A DNA stretch of 64,000 nucleotides from Octopus vulgaris. Its lineage: Eukaryota. A model generated the notes under the pieces. That model made no database searches, was not told the DNA's origin, and was given only the letters and a program-made list of their open reading frames with translations. Numbering within the stretch: the first letter of the stretch is position 1; every line of letters starts with the position of its first letter. The position numbers and the translations under genes are program-made. The stretch covers positions 55,862,001-55,926,000 of the forward strand of contig OX597820.1 of NCBI GenBank assembly GCA_951406725.2, read 5' to 3'. Below are positions 26,757 through 38,526 of this stretch, in pieces.

Positions 26757-28667
26757 TAATGTGTGCGTACGTTAAATGATGAATAGCAAACATTTACTGC
26801 TGAAAGAATTCTGTACTGTAGCAATGATAAAATCATTTCTGTTACACTGAGCAACCGAAATTTTGTTCGCTTATATGTGAAACATGTTTAGATTATTTTA
26901 GGACACTGTTTCCCAAAAATTACATTTTTTTTTTTCCTATCACGTTAATTTTTTTAATTCTGTAATATATTCCCATTTTTAATAATAGCCTACCTACCTG
27001 ATTTCAATGACACTAGCTAGCTCACATTTCAGTGTCTTGGAAGTTATACCTGTTCTTTAGTATATTAAGGCGTTCTGGTTCCAAACACGTCACTATTTCG
27101 GCTACATCTTTTCTAGTTTGAGAATTAACTGCAGACTCCTATATGCTGATGTATTCATTCATGCACTGAAATTAGGAACCCCAGCTGCACCTTGCATTTT
27201 GATCCCTTAGAAATTAGACATTCTTGAGATGTAGTTGAGACACATCAGTTTTGTTTTATTATCTCTAATAAATATCAGTTATTTTGATACTAAAATAATA
27301 ATATCATTGCTATTGCTATATGACATACTATTAAGATAACTACATAAACATCGTTTTATGTCTGCTTTCTATTTTGGCTGATCACAATTATTAAATTAGT
27401 TTATTCCCTCACGAAAGCTTACAGTCAAGCTATTGAACTAAGAAGTGTCAGCTTTGACAACGTTTACTGTAAGGCAAAGATCTTTTATGTCCACCACAAC
27501 CATCCCTGGAAAAGCAAAAGGGCTCATAAAAAAATTCTAATTTCAGATTCAGTAGGCATCAATGAGTCATATGCACGGTCTTGGTTTGTTCTATTTATTT
27601 TAAAACTTTTTTGGCAACCGTTAAGCAGATTCTAAATTTGGAGAAGACATGCTTTCTAATTTTAATAAGCTTAGCTGTAACAAGATTCAAAGCCCATTAT
27701 CTCTACTGTCACTTAGAACACTTTCCAGTAAAACTTGATAATGTATGGGAAGATAAAGGTTTCATCAGAATATTAACACAATGAAGCGAAGGTGGAATGA
27801 ACTCATAATGTTAAATTACAACTGGAATCTTCAATAAGACTGTCATGCATATATCTCAGTCTAGAAAGTCCTATACAAAAAAGTGTCTTATGAATTGAGT
27901 GACTGATCATTTTATATGTTTCATGCTTATTTTTAAGCTACAGTTACTAATGCAGTACTGCATCTCCAAAGCTGAAGACGATCATGCAAAACTGGTGATA
28001 AATTTGGAATCAGTGTCTCATGTACCCAAGAATAAGGTGCAAGTTACAAACTAGCAGAATGTTTTTGATAATAATAAAGTGGTTAACTGTTGACTTCAAG
28101 TTTCACCTCTCAATGTTCATTCAAACATGCATATACATGAAACTCAAGAAATAAAACAATATTAAATGTGTGTGTGTGAGGGAGAGAGTATAAGTGAAAT
28201 AAACATTAGAGATGTTTTGCCTTGTACAACAAACTGCAGGAGCTACTTAGAGATATTGCAAGTTCTTCTAAAAGTAACAAAAACCACCACAATAGCAAAA
28301 ACCCTTCCATATCATCAGGAGGTACCTCAGAGTCACAAGCGTTTCATGCCTTTTCTGTGTGGCCACATTGTTATGCTTCACTCAAGTGAAGCATACAGGC
28401 TAAGCATGAGTGAAGCATAACAATGTGGTCACACAGACATGGAAAATATCCAACAATACAACAGTCGTATTGCTAGGAATATTAACGGCAATGTCATGAG
28501 ACTTCTTAATGTGTGTGTATGTTAAATGATGAATAGCAAACATTTACTGCTGAAAGAACTCCATACTATAACAATAATAATATCATTTCTATTACACTGA
28601 GCAACTGAAACTTTGCTTATATGTTTCCCAAAAATTACATTTTTTTTTCCTATCACATTAATTTTTT
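26757..28667 (+). repeat. dispersed direct repeat pair (26757-26953 and 28507-28667) upstream of the RRM gene
   Basis: Both copies contain GTTAAATGATGAATAGCAAACATTTACTGCTGAAAGAA and TGTTTCCCAAAAATTACATTTTTTTT...CCTATCAC. The second copy has an internal deletion. Confidence 0.85.
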
Positions 28668-28804
28668 GTGTGTTTTTGCCATTACCAACACCATCTTTCA
28701 CCAATACTTCATGGATGTAGTCTTGAGTCAAACACAGGCCTCTAATTCAGTATATCATAATCAAGCAGGTAGAATCAATTACTACAAGTTGAACAGTCCT
28801 TTGT

Positions 28805-29112
28805 AAGAACTCAAGATCTCTCGTGGAAGCGTCATCCAACCAAAGTACAAATATATGGGAAACTACCACCTGTATCATCTCTTGTGAAAGGTAGAAGAGT
28901 CCAGTTTGCTGGACATTGTTGCAGAGCTGAAAATGAGGTAATTTCTACTCTTCTCCTCTGGAAGCCATCTGCTCACAATACCAGAGGGCGCACACTCTCC
29001 TAGGGATACAGGCATCCAGCAACAGGACCTCCGTAATGCTATGATGGACCGTGAAGTCTGGCGTAACATAGTAAATTCCATTGTCTCGACCACGGTTGAA
29101 CAATGATGATGA
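28805..29112 (+). mobile_element. 3' end of an RTE-type LINE (5'-truncated)
   Basis: Translates LSWKRHPTKVQIYGKLPPVSSLVKGRRVQFAGHCCRAENEVISTLLLWKP...AMMDREVWR and ends in a (TGA)n tail. Confidence 0.8.
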
Positions 29113-29644
29113 TTGTAGGAACTTCCATTATTCTTTAGCTGACAACCTGAGGGTTTCAGAAGTACTCATATATTTGGAAGCTGGCAAAAGATGACAAATA
29201 GTTCTCTTTAAGTTCCACATTTTATGATGCTGCTGCCAAAACCATTGGTTTCAAAAGAAAAACTCTAAGACTGGTTCAATGAGATCTCCAACAGCGTCAG
29301 CATGTTCCTAAATGACTAACAGAGCAACTCTGGACAATCCTTTGTCAAATACACTTAGGAAAGCAGTAGTAAGCCCTTTGAAGTGTGCTCCATCCACCCT
29401 CCATGCTGTGAATAACTAGCAGACTACTAAAAGCTCAGAAAATTCAGATGCATTCAGAGAGATATAATACACAAGTTCTATGAGGCAACAAAATGGCCAT
29501 AGGAAGTGTTTAATAGCGCCAGTCAATTGATAAGATAGCACTTCAACGAGGTCATCATAATTATAATGATACTAACTACTACATTAATCCTCCCATCTAA
29601 ACACATCTGATACATATGTACCTATGAGTATGTTTGAGTGGAAA

Positions 29645-29696
<52 letters not shown>

Positions 29697-29779
29697 GGTC
29701 CCGGGTTGATTCGGGGTTAACCACAGTAAATAAGGTACTCAATACATAGCAGAGTAAAATTAATTTATTATATAGAAGG

Positions 29780-29830
29780 AGCTTCTACAGGACTAGAACT
29801 GTTTCATTCAAGAGAAATCTTCAGGAAGCT
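29780..29830 (-). ncRNA. type I hammerhead ribozyme motif, intact core (mirror copy)
   Basis: Its reverse complement is identical to 30189-30239. Confidence 0.75.
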
Positions 29831-30188
29831 AGTTAACAAGAATTGTATTGGCATTTATACATTTAGGCAGGTTTAAAGGGGTGGTGGTGTGGGACTTTTT
29901 GGGGGTAGGCATAGCGCAAAATATCATACTTGGGGGAGTGGTCAAGGAGTCAGTGGTAAATTAGATAAAAGAATAAATAAAAAAATTAAAAAATAAATTT
30001 TTATATATTTTTATATATTTTATATATTTTTTTATTTTTTTATTTATTCTTTTATCTAATTTACCACTGACTCCTTGACCACTCCCCAAGTATGATATTT
30101 TGCGCTATGCCTACCCCCAAAAAGTCCCACACCACCACCCCTTTAAACCTGCCTAAATGTATAAATGCCAATACAATTCTTGTTAACT

Positions 30189-30239
30189 AGCTTCCTGAAG
30201 ATTTCTCTTGAATGAAACAGTTCTAGTCCTGTAGAAGCT
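30189..30239 (+). ncRNA. type I hammerhead ribozyme motif, intact core
   Basis: AGCUUC-CUGAAGA-U-UUC-ucuu-GAA-U-GAA-ACAG-uucuaguc-CUGU-A/GAAGCU. Helix I is 6 bp, helix II 3 bp with a U.U pair, helix III 4 bp. Predicted cleavage after GUA at 30233. Confidence 0.75.
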
Positions 30240-30241
30240 CC

Positions 30242-30287
<46 letters not shown>

Positions 30288-30574
30288 ATGTATGTTCCTC
30301 ATGTATATGCAATATCATTCTTAAGACATAACTAAGATATATTGATTTTATAAATTACAATATTACTCCTCTTATAACTTTCTCATACCTCTGTTTATAT
30401 TTATCTAATATGAACAATATAATGCATCTAATAATAATAATAATAATAATAATAATTGATTCTTTTGTATGCATATTCATGCAAATATGCATGTACATTT
30501 AAGTATAGGTATATGTATAAGTATTATATGTGTGTGTATTTACATTTATAACTTAACCTTTTGTACCTTCTAAA

Positions 30575-30698
30575 ATCTCTTACGAAGCCTAAAGAAACAT
30601 CCAAGTACCTCAATTTCATCTACTAATTACTTCAGTCTATTGGAGAGATAAAGGGAGAATGAGGTATTTTTGCCTCTTGGCTGAAACAGCTGTAAGAT
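30575..30698 (+). ncRNA. degenerate hammerhead ribozyme motif with extended helix II
   Basis: AUCU-CUuACGA-AGCC-(89 nt with stem AAGUACCUCA/UGAGGUAUUU)-GGCU-GAAAC-AGCU-GUA-AGAU. Core G5 is mutated. Confidence 0.55.
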
Positions 30699-31816
30699 AT
30701 TATCCCAGTTTCTATTCCTGTATGTTAATTATCCTTTTAGTAGATAAATAAATAAATTGACATAATATAATGTCTAAAAGTTATATCTCTATATATATAA
30801 ACGGCAGTTTGTCTGTGCGTGCTTCTGTGTGTCTGTTTTCTCGTACCCTCACCCTGACCACGGCTTTCAACCGATTCTGATGAAACTTGACACACACATA
30901 GCCCAATGTCATAATTCAAAACTAACGCAGCGAAAATTTTGAAAAGTTCCCCCAGTTCTGAAAAAAATTGATAAATTCGACATGGGGTCGACAATCATAA
31001 ACACGAACCACAGACTGTCTAGGGGACGCAACTCGAGAATCTAAGCTTTTTTTATGCAACGCATTATCTATGGTAGTTTTCACAACTTGCAATCGATTTT
31101 CACCAAACTCATGGTGAAGCTTAATGTTACCCTAAGAAACTCAATTCTGACGTTAGTTTTCCATGCAATACCTTACCATCAGAAACAATCGATAAAATCA
31201 TGCCATTTTGGGAAATCGCGTTCAAATTCAACATGACATATTTTCGACAATATCTTTCACAAATTGGCAGGAATCTTCTTTTTTTTCACAACGAGCATCA
31301 TGTCTGCTCCAAGGAGCTATATAGCCCTTTTTATTCCAATAGGATACATTATTGGAAAAAATCGGTTAATTTAATCATATGTGGCACACATAGCAAACAA
31401 ATTTGTGTATTAAACACAAACCAGACTGTCTAGGGGACGCAACTTGACCTTTTTAGCTATCGATAATTCGATCCAACCAATTCCTACCAGGAAGAAATTA
31501 CGTTCGAGACTTTACCCCCAACACCGCCACTTCTGCTAATAGCTGCTGCAGCCGCAAGTTATTCGAATACTTTTTTTGTTTAAACTTTCTTTATAACTAC
31601 CACCCCAAACGTTTTACCTTCAATTTTTTACGTACCCTAACGGTCCTTGGACGCTACTTGCAAACTCTTGGTTTATTATAAACCACTTTTGTCGTGTGCA
31701 TCAAAAAACTTTTCCTTTCGTTTGTTCAGTTTGATCACTTTTGACTTTTTCGTTGTTGTCACTCACATTGCTGCCAGCTTTTTGGCCATTTTTGTACATT
31801 TTTATACATTTTCGGA

Positions 31817-31937
31817 TACTTACCCCACGTGTTCCTTTTTATTACACCTTTACCAAACACATTGCTATCCACCAAAATACTTACCCCACGTGTTCCTTTT
31901 TATTACACCTTTGCCAAACACATTGCTATCCACCAAA
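31817..31937 (+). repeat. two tandem copies of a 60-bp unit just before the RepHel start codon
   Basis: ATACTTACCCCACGTGTTCCTTTTTATTACACCTTTRCCAAACACATTGCTATCCACCAA occurs twice. Confidence 0.9.
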
Positions 31938-34900
31938 ATGCCACCCAAGAAGAGAAGGACCCTCCTCAGCCCTCGGACGGCCAAGGCATCGGCTGCTAGA
32001 GCTAGAAGGGCACGCGAGACCCACGAGGAAACCGCCTTGCGCCTCTCGCAAACAGCTTCCCGTTATGCCGCTGCTCAGGCATCTGAAACTATTAGCGACC
32101 GTTCTACCCGACTTGCAAGGGTCGCAGCGTACAGATCTTCCCTCCGCTCGAGGTTGACGAAAGAGCAACAGTCCAGCCAAAATATGCGGGCTTCTTACTG
32201 TGCTTCCATCCGCAGAGCTCGCGAGAACCCCGAACAAAGGGCCATTCGGAATGTGGCTAACGCCACTAGCACCGCCAGGACACGATCTGTCGAAACCTCA
32301 CAGCAGAGGAGAACTCGCCAAGATGCTGACGCCGCAAACAATGCCATGGCCAAAGCTGCCGAAACACCTCAACAGAGGAGAGCTCGCCAAGCTGCTAACG
32401 CCGCAAACACAGCCAGGGCTCGATCTGCCGAAACTCCACACCAACGGACTATTCGGACATCCAGACATGCCATTAACACTGCTTCTGCTAGGGCTTCAGA
32501 GGGTGCTGAGGCGAGAGCTGAAAGGCTTTCAAGGGATGCCACTGCTGCCGCTGTCGCACGTGCATCTGAATCTGCTGAGGCACGGTGCACTCGACTTGAG
32601 AGTATCAACAAACGTCGGGATATCATTCGTGGTGTACGTACCCCTGCCCCCGCTTTCTGGTTGTCACTAGCATTCAACTACGACACCACAATTAACTTCT
32701 CCTTGCGTGACGACATCAAGATAGGGTCAATGACAATTGTATGCCAGTTTTGCAAAGCCAAGAAATGGCCCGGAGAGCCACCTGGTTTGTGCTGCTCTGG
32801 TGGCAAAGTGGACCTGCCACCCCTACGGGAACCACCTCAACCACTGAAGGATCTCGCGGCGGGTTTAACCCCCGATTCGTCACAATTCCTTGAAATAATT
32901 CGAAAGTACAACTGCTCATTCCAAATGACCTCTTTCGGGGCCAAAATTCCTCCCAGAGAAGGCTGGATGCCTACTTTCAAAGTGCAGGGACAGGTCTACC
33001 ATCTTATTGGGTCACTTCTGCCAGACGAGATTCAGCAGTCTTCTTTCCTCCAAATATACTTCATTGCCGACTACAACCACCAGGTTGATGCACGCCTTGG
33101 AATAATACCGGGTACAAGCTATGTTCCCCGCAAAGACATTCTTCTCCATCTCCAAACCATGCTTCATGATATCAACAGCTATGTCTGCAGCTTCAGATAT
33201 GCCTTGGACAGTGCTCCATCTCCAAACTTCACCGTTGTCATTGATGCTGATAAACGACCCCACGGGGAGCACGAACGCCGTTTCAACGCACCTGCGTGCA
33301 ACGAAATTGCCGCAGTCATACACGGAGAGCAACACAACAGCCGTGACATAATCATCTCCTCCCGTGGTAACAACCTACACAGGATCAGCGAGACTCACAG
33401 ATCTTATGACGCGCTTCAGTATCCATTGCTTTTCCCTTATGGGGAAGACGGCTACCATTTCGGAATTCCTTTACGGCAGCCCTCCAATCAAACTACTGCG
33501 GCATCAAAGACGGTTTCCTGCAGGGCGTTCTACTCATACCGGTTCATGGTCAGGGAGGGTGAGTTCAACTTATTACCCCGTTGTCGTCAGCTATTCAACC
33601 AGTTCGCCGTCGACATGGCCGCAAAAATGGAATCGGAAAGGCTGCTATACATTAAACTTAATCAGACCAAACTTCGCTCCGACTCCTACATTCATCTCCG
33701 TGACGGTTTGCAACAAGAAAATGACCCTCGCAACATCGGCAAGCCATGCATTCTACCCTCCACCTTCACGGGAGGACCGCGATATATGCGTGAAAGGACC
33801 CAAGACGCCTTGACCTACATGCGCATTTACGGCCGGCCGGACCTCTTTATCACCTACACGTGCAATCCCAGCTGCGACGAAATCACTCGCGAACTCCTCC
33901 CGGGTCAATCTCACACCCATCGACACGACATCGTTGCTAGGGTTTTCCGTCTGAATTTGGGCAAAATGAAGGATTTGATAGTTAAGGGTCAGATTTTAGG
34001 GCATGTCAGGTGCCACATGTTTTCGGTCGAGTGGCAAAAGAGGGGCTTGCCACATGCTCACATCTTAATTTGGCTCACTCATAAAATCGAGACTAATGAC
34101 ATTGACAAATTCATTTCCACCGAGATTCCTGACCCCGATGAGGACCCCGGACTCTACGAAATTGTCCGCACTACCATGGTACACGGGCCCTGTGGACCAA
34201 ATTACGCCAACACACCATGCTACAAAAACGGATTAGCCTGCTCAAAGGGATTCCCTAAACGGTTCACTTTGGAGACTCAAACAGGCGGCGATGGGTATCC
34301 GCTGTACAAACGAAGGAGTCCAGCCAATGGAGGCCGCACGATTACGGTTGGGCGACATCAAGTGGACAACAGCTACATTGTCCTCTACTGTCCTCTCCTG
34401 TCGAAGATATTCAAAGCCCACGTCAACGTTGAGTTCTGCAGCTCCATCAGGTCAATACAATATGTCTGCAAATATATCAACAAAGGCAGCGATGCTGCCA
34501 TGTTCAGCATCCAGAGGACCACCAGTCGCGACGAAGTGTCCAACTACTTGGCTGGCCGGTACCTCAGCAGCAACGAAACGTTTTGGCGCATTTACGGCTT
34601 CCCGCTCCATCAGAGACACCCGGCTGTGGTGCAGCTTGCTGTACACTTGGAAAATGGACAGCGGATTTACTTCACAGAGCAAAGTGCTGTGCAGATAGCC
34701 ACCAGCCCTAAAGACACAACGTTGACTGGTTTCTTCAAATTATGCCAACGTGATGACTTCGCTCGAACGCTTTTGTACCCACAGGTCCCATCGTACTTCG
34801 TGTGGTCTAAAAACACCTGGGTTCGACGGAAATCCGGCAAAAACGTCGAAAGCTTCCCAGGCGTCAAGTTTGACTCCTGCCTGGGTCGAGTTTACAACAT

Positions 34901-36807
34901 CCCGCCAAACAAGCAAGAATGCTTCTACCTCCGTCTCCTTCTACATGAGGTCACTGGTCCAACAGGTTTCGCCAATATACGTACCGTCAATGGGGTTCTG
35001 TGAGACACCTTCAGGGAAGCATGTATGAGACTTGGCCTTCTAGAGGATGACTCCCAGTGGGACGCCACGATGGCAGAGGGTGCTTTACTGCAAACGCATT
35101 CGGCCCTACGACATCTTTTCGCAATCCTTCTTCAAAAATGTCAGCTTAGTGATCCACTAAGTCTCTGGATGAAATACAGGGATGACATGTCGCACGACTT
35201 CTTACGTACGGCTCAGCAACACTGCCCTTCCGCCGAGATCACGTTCACCAACTTCATTTACAATTTTGCGCTCATTCAACTCGAAGACGCTGTCATCGAT
35301 ACGGGTGGGTCTGCTTTAACAAGTACGGCCTTCCACCACCCACACGTGAACACGCCAATGTTATGTCTGCTGAATTGTTACGCGAAACTTCCTACTGCAT
35401 TGAGGAACTGCACCAGTACGTCCAAGATAATGAACCACGGCTGCTTCCAGACCAGCGCATAGCCTACAACACCATCGTAGACTCTGTCAGACAGCAACGT
35501 GGGGGGATTTTCTTCCTTGATGCACCCGGCGGCACTGGCAAAACCTTCGTCACTAAACTAATTCTGGCAGAGGTCAGACGCAACATGGACATTGCCCTGG
35601 CTGTAGCTTCCTCTGGTATCGCAGCCACGTTGCTTCCGGGTGGCAGAACCGCCCACTCTGCCTTCAGACTCCCGCTCGATCTGGCAAAGTCCGAGTCACC
35701 TATCTGCAACATCGCCAAGAACTCAGAACAGGCCGACATTCTGCGCAGATGCAAACTCATCGTATGGGACGAGTGCACTATGGCACACAAAGGCGCCCTT
35801 GAGGCACTGGACAGGTCCCTGCAAGACATCAGAGACTCTACGGCCCCCATGGGAGGATTAACTTTACTTCTTTCAGGAGACTTCAGGCAGACTCTACCTG
35901 TTATTCCAAAAGGAACCCGTGCCGATGCCGTGCGCGCGTGCCTTAAGTCGTCAGCTCTTTGGGCACATGTGCGGCCCTTGCACCTCCAAACTAACATGCG
36001 CGCGCAGTTAATTGGTGACAGCGGATCTGCTGCATTCTCCAGGGACCTCTTATCACTCGGTGAAAATAGGATGCTGTCTGATGCGGATGGCTACGTTCAA
36101 TTGGACTCACTTTGCACCATTGTCGACACCCCTGCTAGCCTCCGGGACGCTGTCTTCCACGACCTACAAAACAATTTACGCGACCTAAAATGGCTGGCAG
36201 GCAGAGCTATTCTCGCACCCAAAAATACAACCGTCAACTCCATCAATATCCAGCTACTTGAAGCTATTCCTGGTGATGTCCACATCTACAAATCTATAGA
36301 TAGGACAGCAGACCCGCCCAGCTTGCCGATTATCCTGTTGAATTCCTGAATTCACTTGAACCGCCAGGCCTGCCACCACACATCCTGAAGTTAAAAGTCG
36401 GTGCGCCCATTATGCTCATCAGGAATTTGGTTCCACCTAAACAGTGCAACGGCACACGTTTGGTTGTGAAACATTTGGCACCACATTTAATAACGGCCAC
36501 AATACTTACCGGTTGTGGGAAGGGAGAGGACGTCTTCATTCCACGGATGCACCTTCAACCGTCGGGCGCTGACCTACCAATCCACTTCAGGCGTTCTCAG
36601 TTTCCTGTTAAACTCTGCTTCGCAATGTCCATCAATAAATCCCAAGGCCAAACGCTACAAGTCGCTGGGTTACATTTGGGCGAACAGTGCTTCGCCCACG
36701 GTCAACTCTACGTGGGCTGTTCACGCGTTGGGAGGCGCAATGATGTTTTCATGTTTTCGCCCAAACGGACAGCTAGGAACATCGTATATACAGAAGTATT
36801 CCAGTGA
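31938..36807 (+). pseudogene. Helitron RepHel (HUH-Y2 Rep plus PIF1-family helicase) with one in-frame stop and two frameshifts
   Basis: Likely ATG at 31938 (MPPKKRR). Motifs: CxxC...CC zinc motif, [83 protein letters not shown] at 35001-35003 is in frame with the next ORF. Frameshifts lie near 35320-35340 and 36310-36330. Confidence 0.95.
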
Positions 36808-37137
36808 AGACAAGACATTGCAACGTCCACATGCACCTTCGTTCCCTGGAGGGAAAGGACTACATTGGGATTAGTCGTTGCCTACTAGGGGCTCTTACAT
36901 ACCCGGGCAACGCCGGGCTATGCTGCTAGTTGCTCTATAAATTAGAGGTAAAATAACTATTTACCCTCACCCATTTATTACACTCGGTAAAGTAATTGCC
37001 ATGCAATAAAAAAACACTTGTGTATTAATAATTGGGTATTCTACCAGTAGTATATTGGATAGATATCATCCCTTAGTTGGTTGGATTCACAACATCTAAT
37101 CTCTTTGGAATTAAAGTATATATATATATATGTAATG

Positions 37138-37175
<38 letters not shown>

Positions 37176-37344
37176 AATTGAGATAGGGGTTGTAAATGCA
37201 ACCCTCCATGGGATAACATATATCCAATATACTGCTAGTGAAGTACCCAACAAAGTTAATACATAAATGTTAAGAATTGCAATGCAATTAATTCATTTAC
37301 TGTATTATATGGGCAAAGGTAAAATGTTTTACCACAAATTAATA

Positions 37345-38195
37345 ATACAAAATAAGAAAATGGAGAAATACATCTAAATCAATTATCAACTACCAGATAA
37401 TACCCAATCACATAATTTATTAAACCACTACATATGAACATTAAGGTCAAACATAATAATATAGAACAAAACAGTGTACATGAAGGAGTAATATGATACA
37501 ATAAGTACAATATGTATAAGAGAATATATATAAATATAGATATAAATATAAACTACATCTTACAGCTGTTTCGGCCATGCAGATATGGGTGTCTCATTTT
37601 GCTCATATTAGCCATGTGTGATAGGTTAATATGTAGTTATAAATGAGACACTTACAAAAATATCCCAAGGCCTTTTCGGAGATTATGAAATACAAACTAA
37701 ATTAAATATACACCCATACAAGTGTGGGTTCATGCCCATAATATATCATATACACATACATATGAGTGCATATACTCATACTCCTATACATATATATATA
37801 CATAATAATGTAAATCAATATACATACATATGTTCCATATTCAATGTTACAGTTTTTCAACTTAATATTATGATATTACAATGTAGAAAACATACACATA
37901 TTAATACTCAAATGCAGATATACAAAGTCAAGAGTACATTATATTAATTTACAAAATGTCATTAATATTAAGATCATTACTATTATCATTACCACTATTG
38001 CTATATTTATTTATATTCTCTTATACATATTGTACTTATTGTATCATATTACTCCTTCATGTACACTGTTTTGTTCTATATTATTATGTTTGACCTTAAT
38101 GTTCATATGTAGTGGTTTAATAAATTATGTGATTGGGTATTATCTAGTAGTTGATAATTGATTTAGATGTATTTCTCCATTTTCTTATTTTGTAT
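37345..38195. repeat. inverted repeat with arms of about 184 bp (37345-37528 and 38012-38195) bracketing a hammerhead-like motif
   Basis: ATACAAAATAAGAAAATGGAGAAATAC...GTATAAGAGAATATA is matched by its reverse complement, with one mismatch seen. TA runs lie at 37143-37152 and at the right end. Confidence 0.95.
37557..37683 (-). ncRNA. degenerate hammerhead ribozyme motif with extended helix II
   Basis: Minus strand AUCU-CcGAAaA-GGCC-(insert with stem GUGUCUCAUUU/AAAUGAGACAC)-GGCC-GAAAC-AGCU-GUA-AGAU. U4 and G8 are mutated. Confidence 0.5.
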
Positions 38196-38480
38196 ATATA
38201 TATAAATGTGTAGCGTTACTTGCCATTTTGGGTCTTCTGGATACCAAAACTTCTCATATCATTGCTTCCTTGCTAATACAAGCACTTATTACAGGTAATG
38301 CTTATAGAATAGATAAACAATTCTTTGGCATCTCTCTTAAGGACATCCATATTCCTTCACAAAAAACTTTCCTCTCACTCCTACTCACCAATACTAAGGA
38401 CCTTCCTATAGCTCTCCCTTTCCAAAATAACTTCTTATATTGAACTCTGCTATTTTCCTCGATTTAACTCTCTCATATCA

Positions 38481-38526
38481 TCTCTGATGAAGGGATATCT
38501 CTAATATCCCAGAAACAGCTGTAAGA
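38481..38526 (+). ncRNA. minimal type I hammerhead ribozyme motif with intact core and palindromic helix III
   Basis: UCU-CUGAUGA-A-GGGAUAU-cucua-AUAUCCC-A-GAAAC-AGCU-GUA/AGA. The helix III region ACAGCUGU is self-complementary. Confidence 0.7.

Larger units (their letters stand above)
29769..30250. repeat. near-perfect fold-back repeat with arms of about 225 bp, between (TA)n tracts
   Basis: 29769-29995 is the reverse complement of about 30025-30250. One G-run indel was seen outside the AT-rich centre. Confidence 0.95.
30786..36929 (+). mobile_element. full-length Helitron
   Basis: Inserted between A (30785) and T (36930). The 5' end is TC (TCTCTATATATATAAACGG). The 3' end has hairpin CCCGG-GCAACG-CCGGG and terminal CTAG (36926-36929). 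No TSD. Encodes RepHel. Confidence 0.97.

Noticed and set aside
30870-30895. CTGATGAAAC inside the Helitron 5' region as a hammerhead
   Set aside because: There is no room for helix II and no helix III or cleavage triplet.
31647-31937. N-terminal 97 codons of the 1118-aa ORF
   Set aside because: It starts at TTG and runs through T-rich sequence and a 60-bp tandem repeat. The ATG at 31938 (MPPKKRR) is the plausible start.
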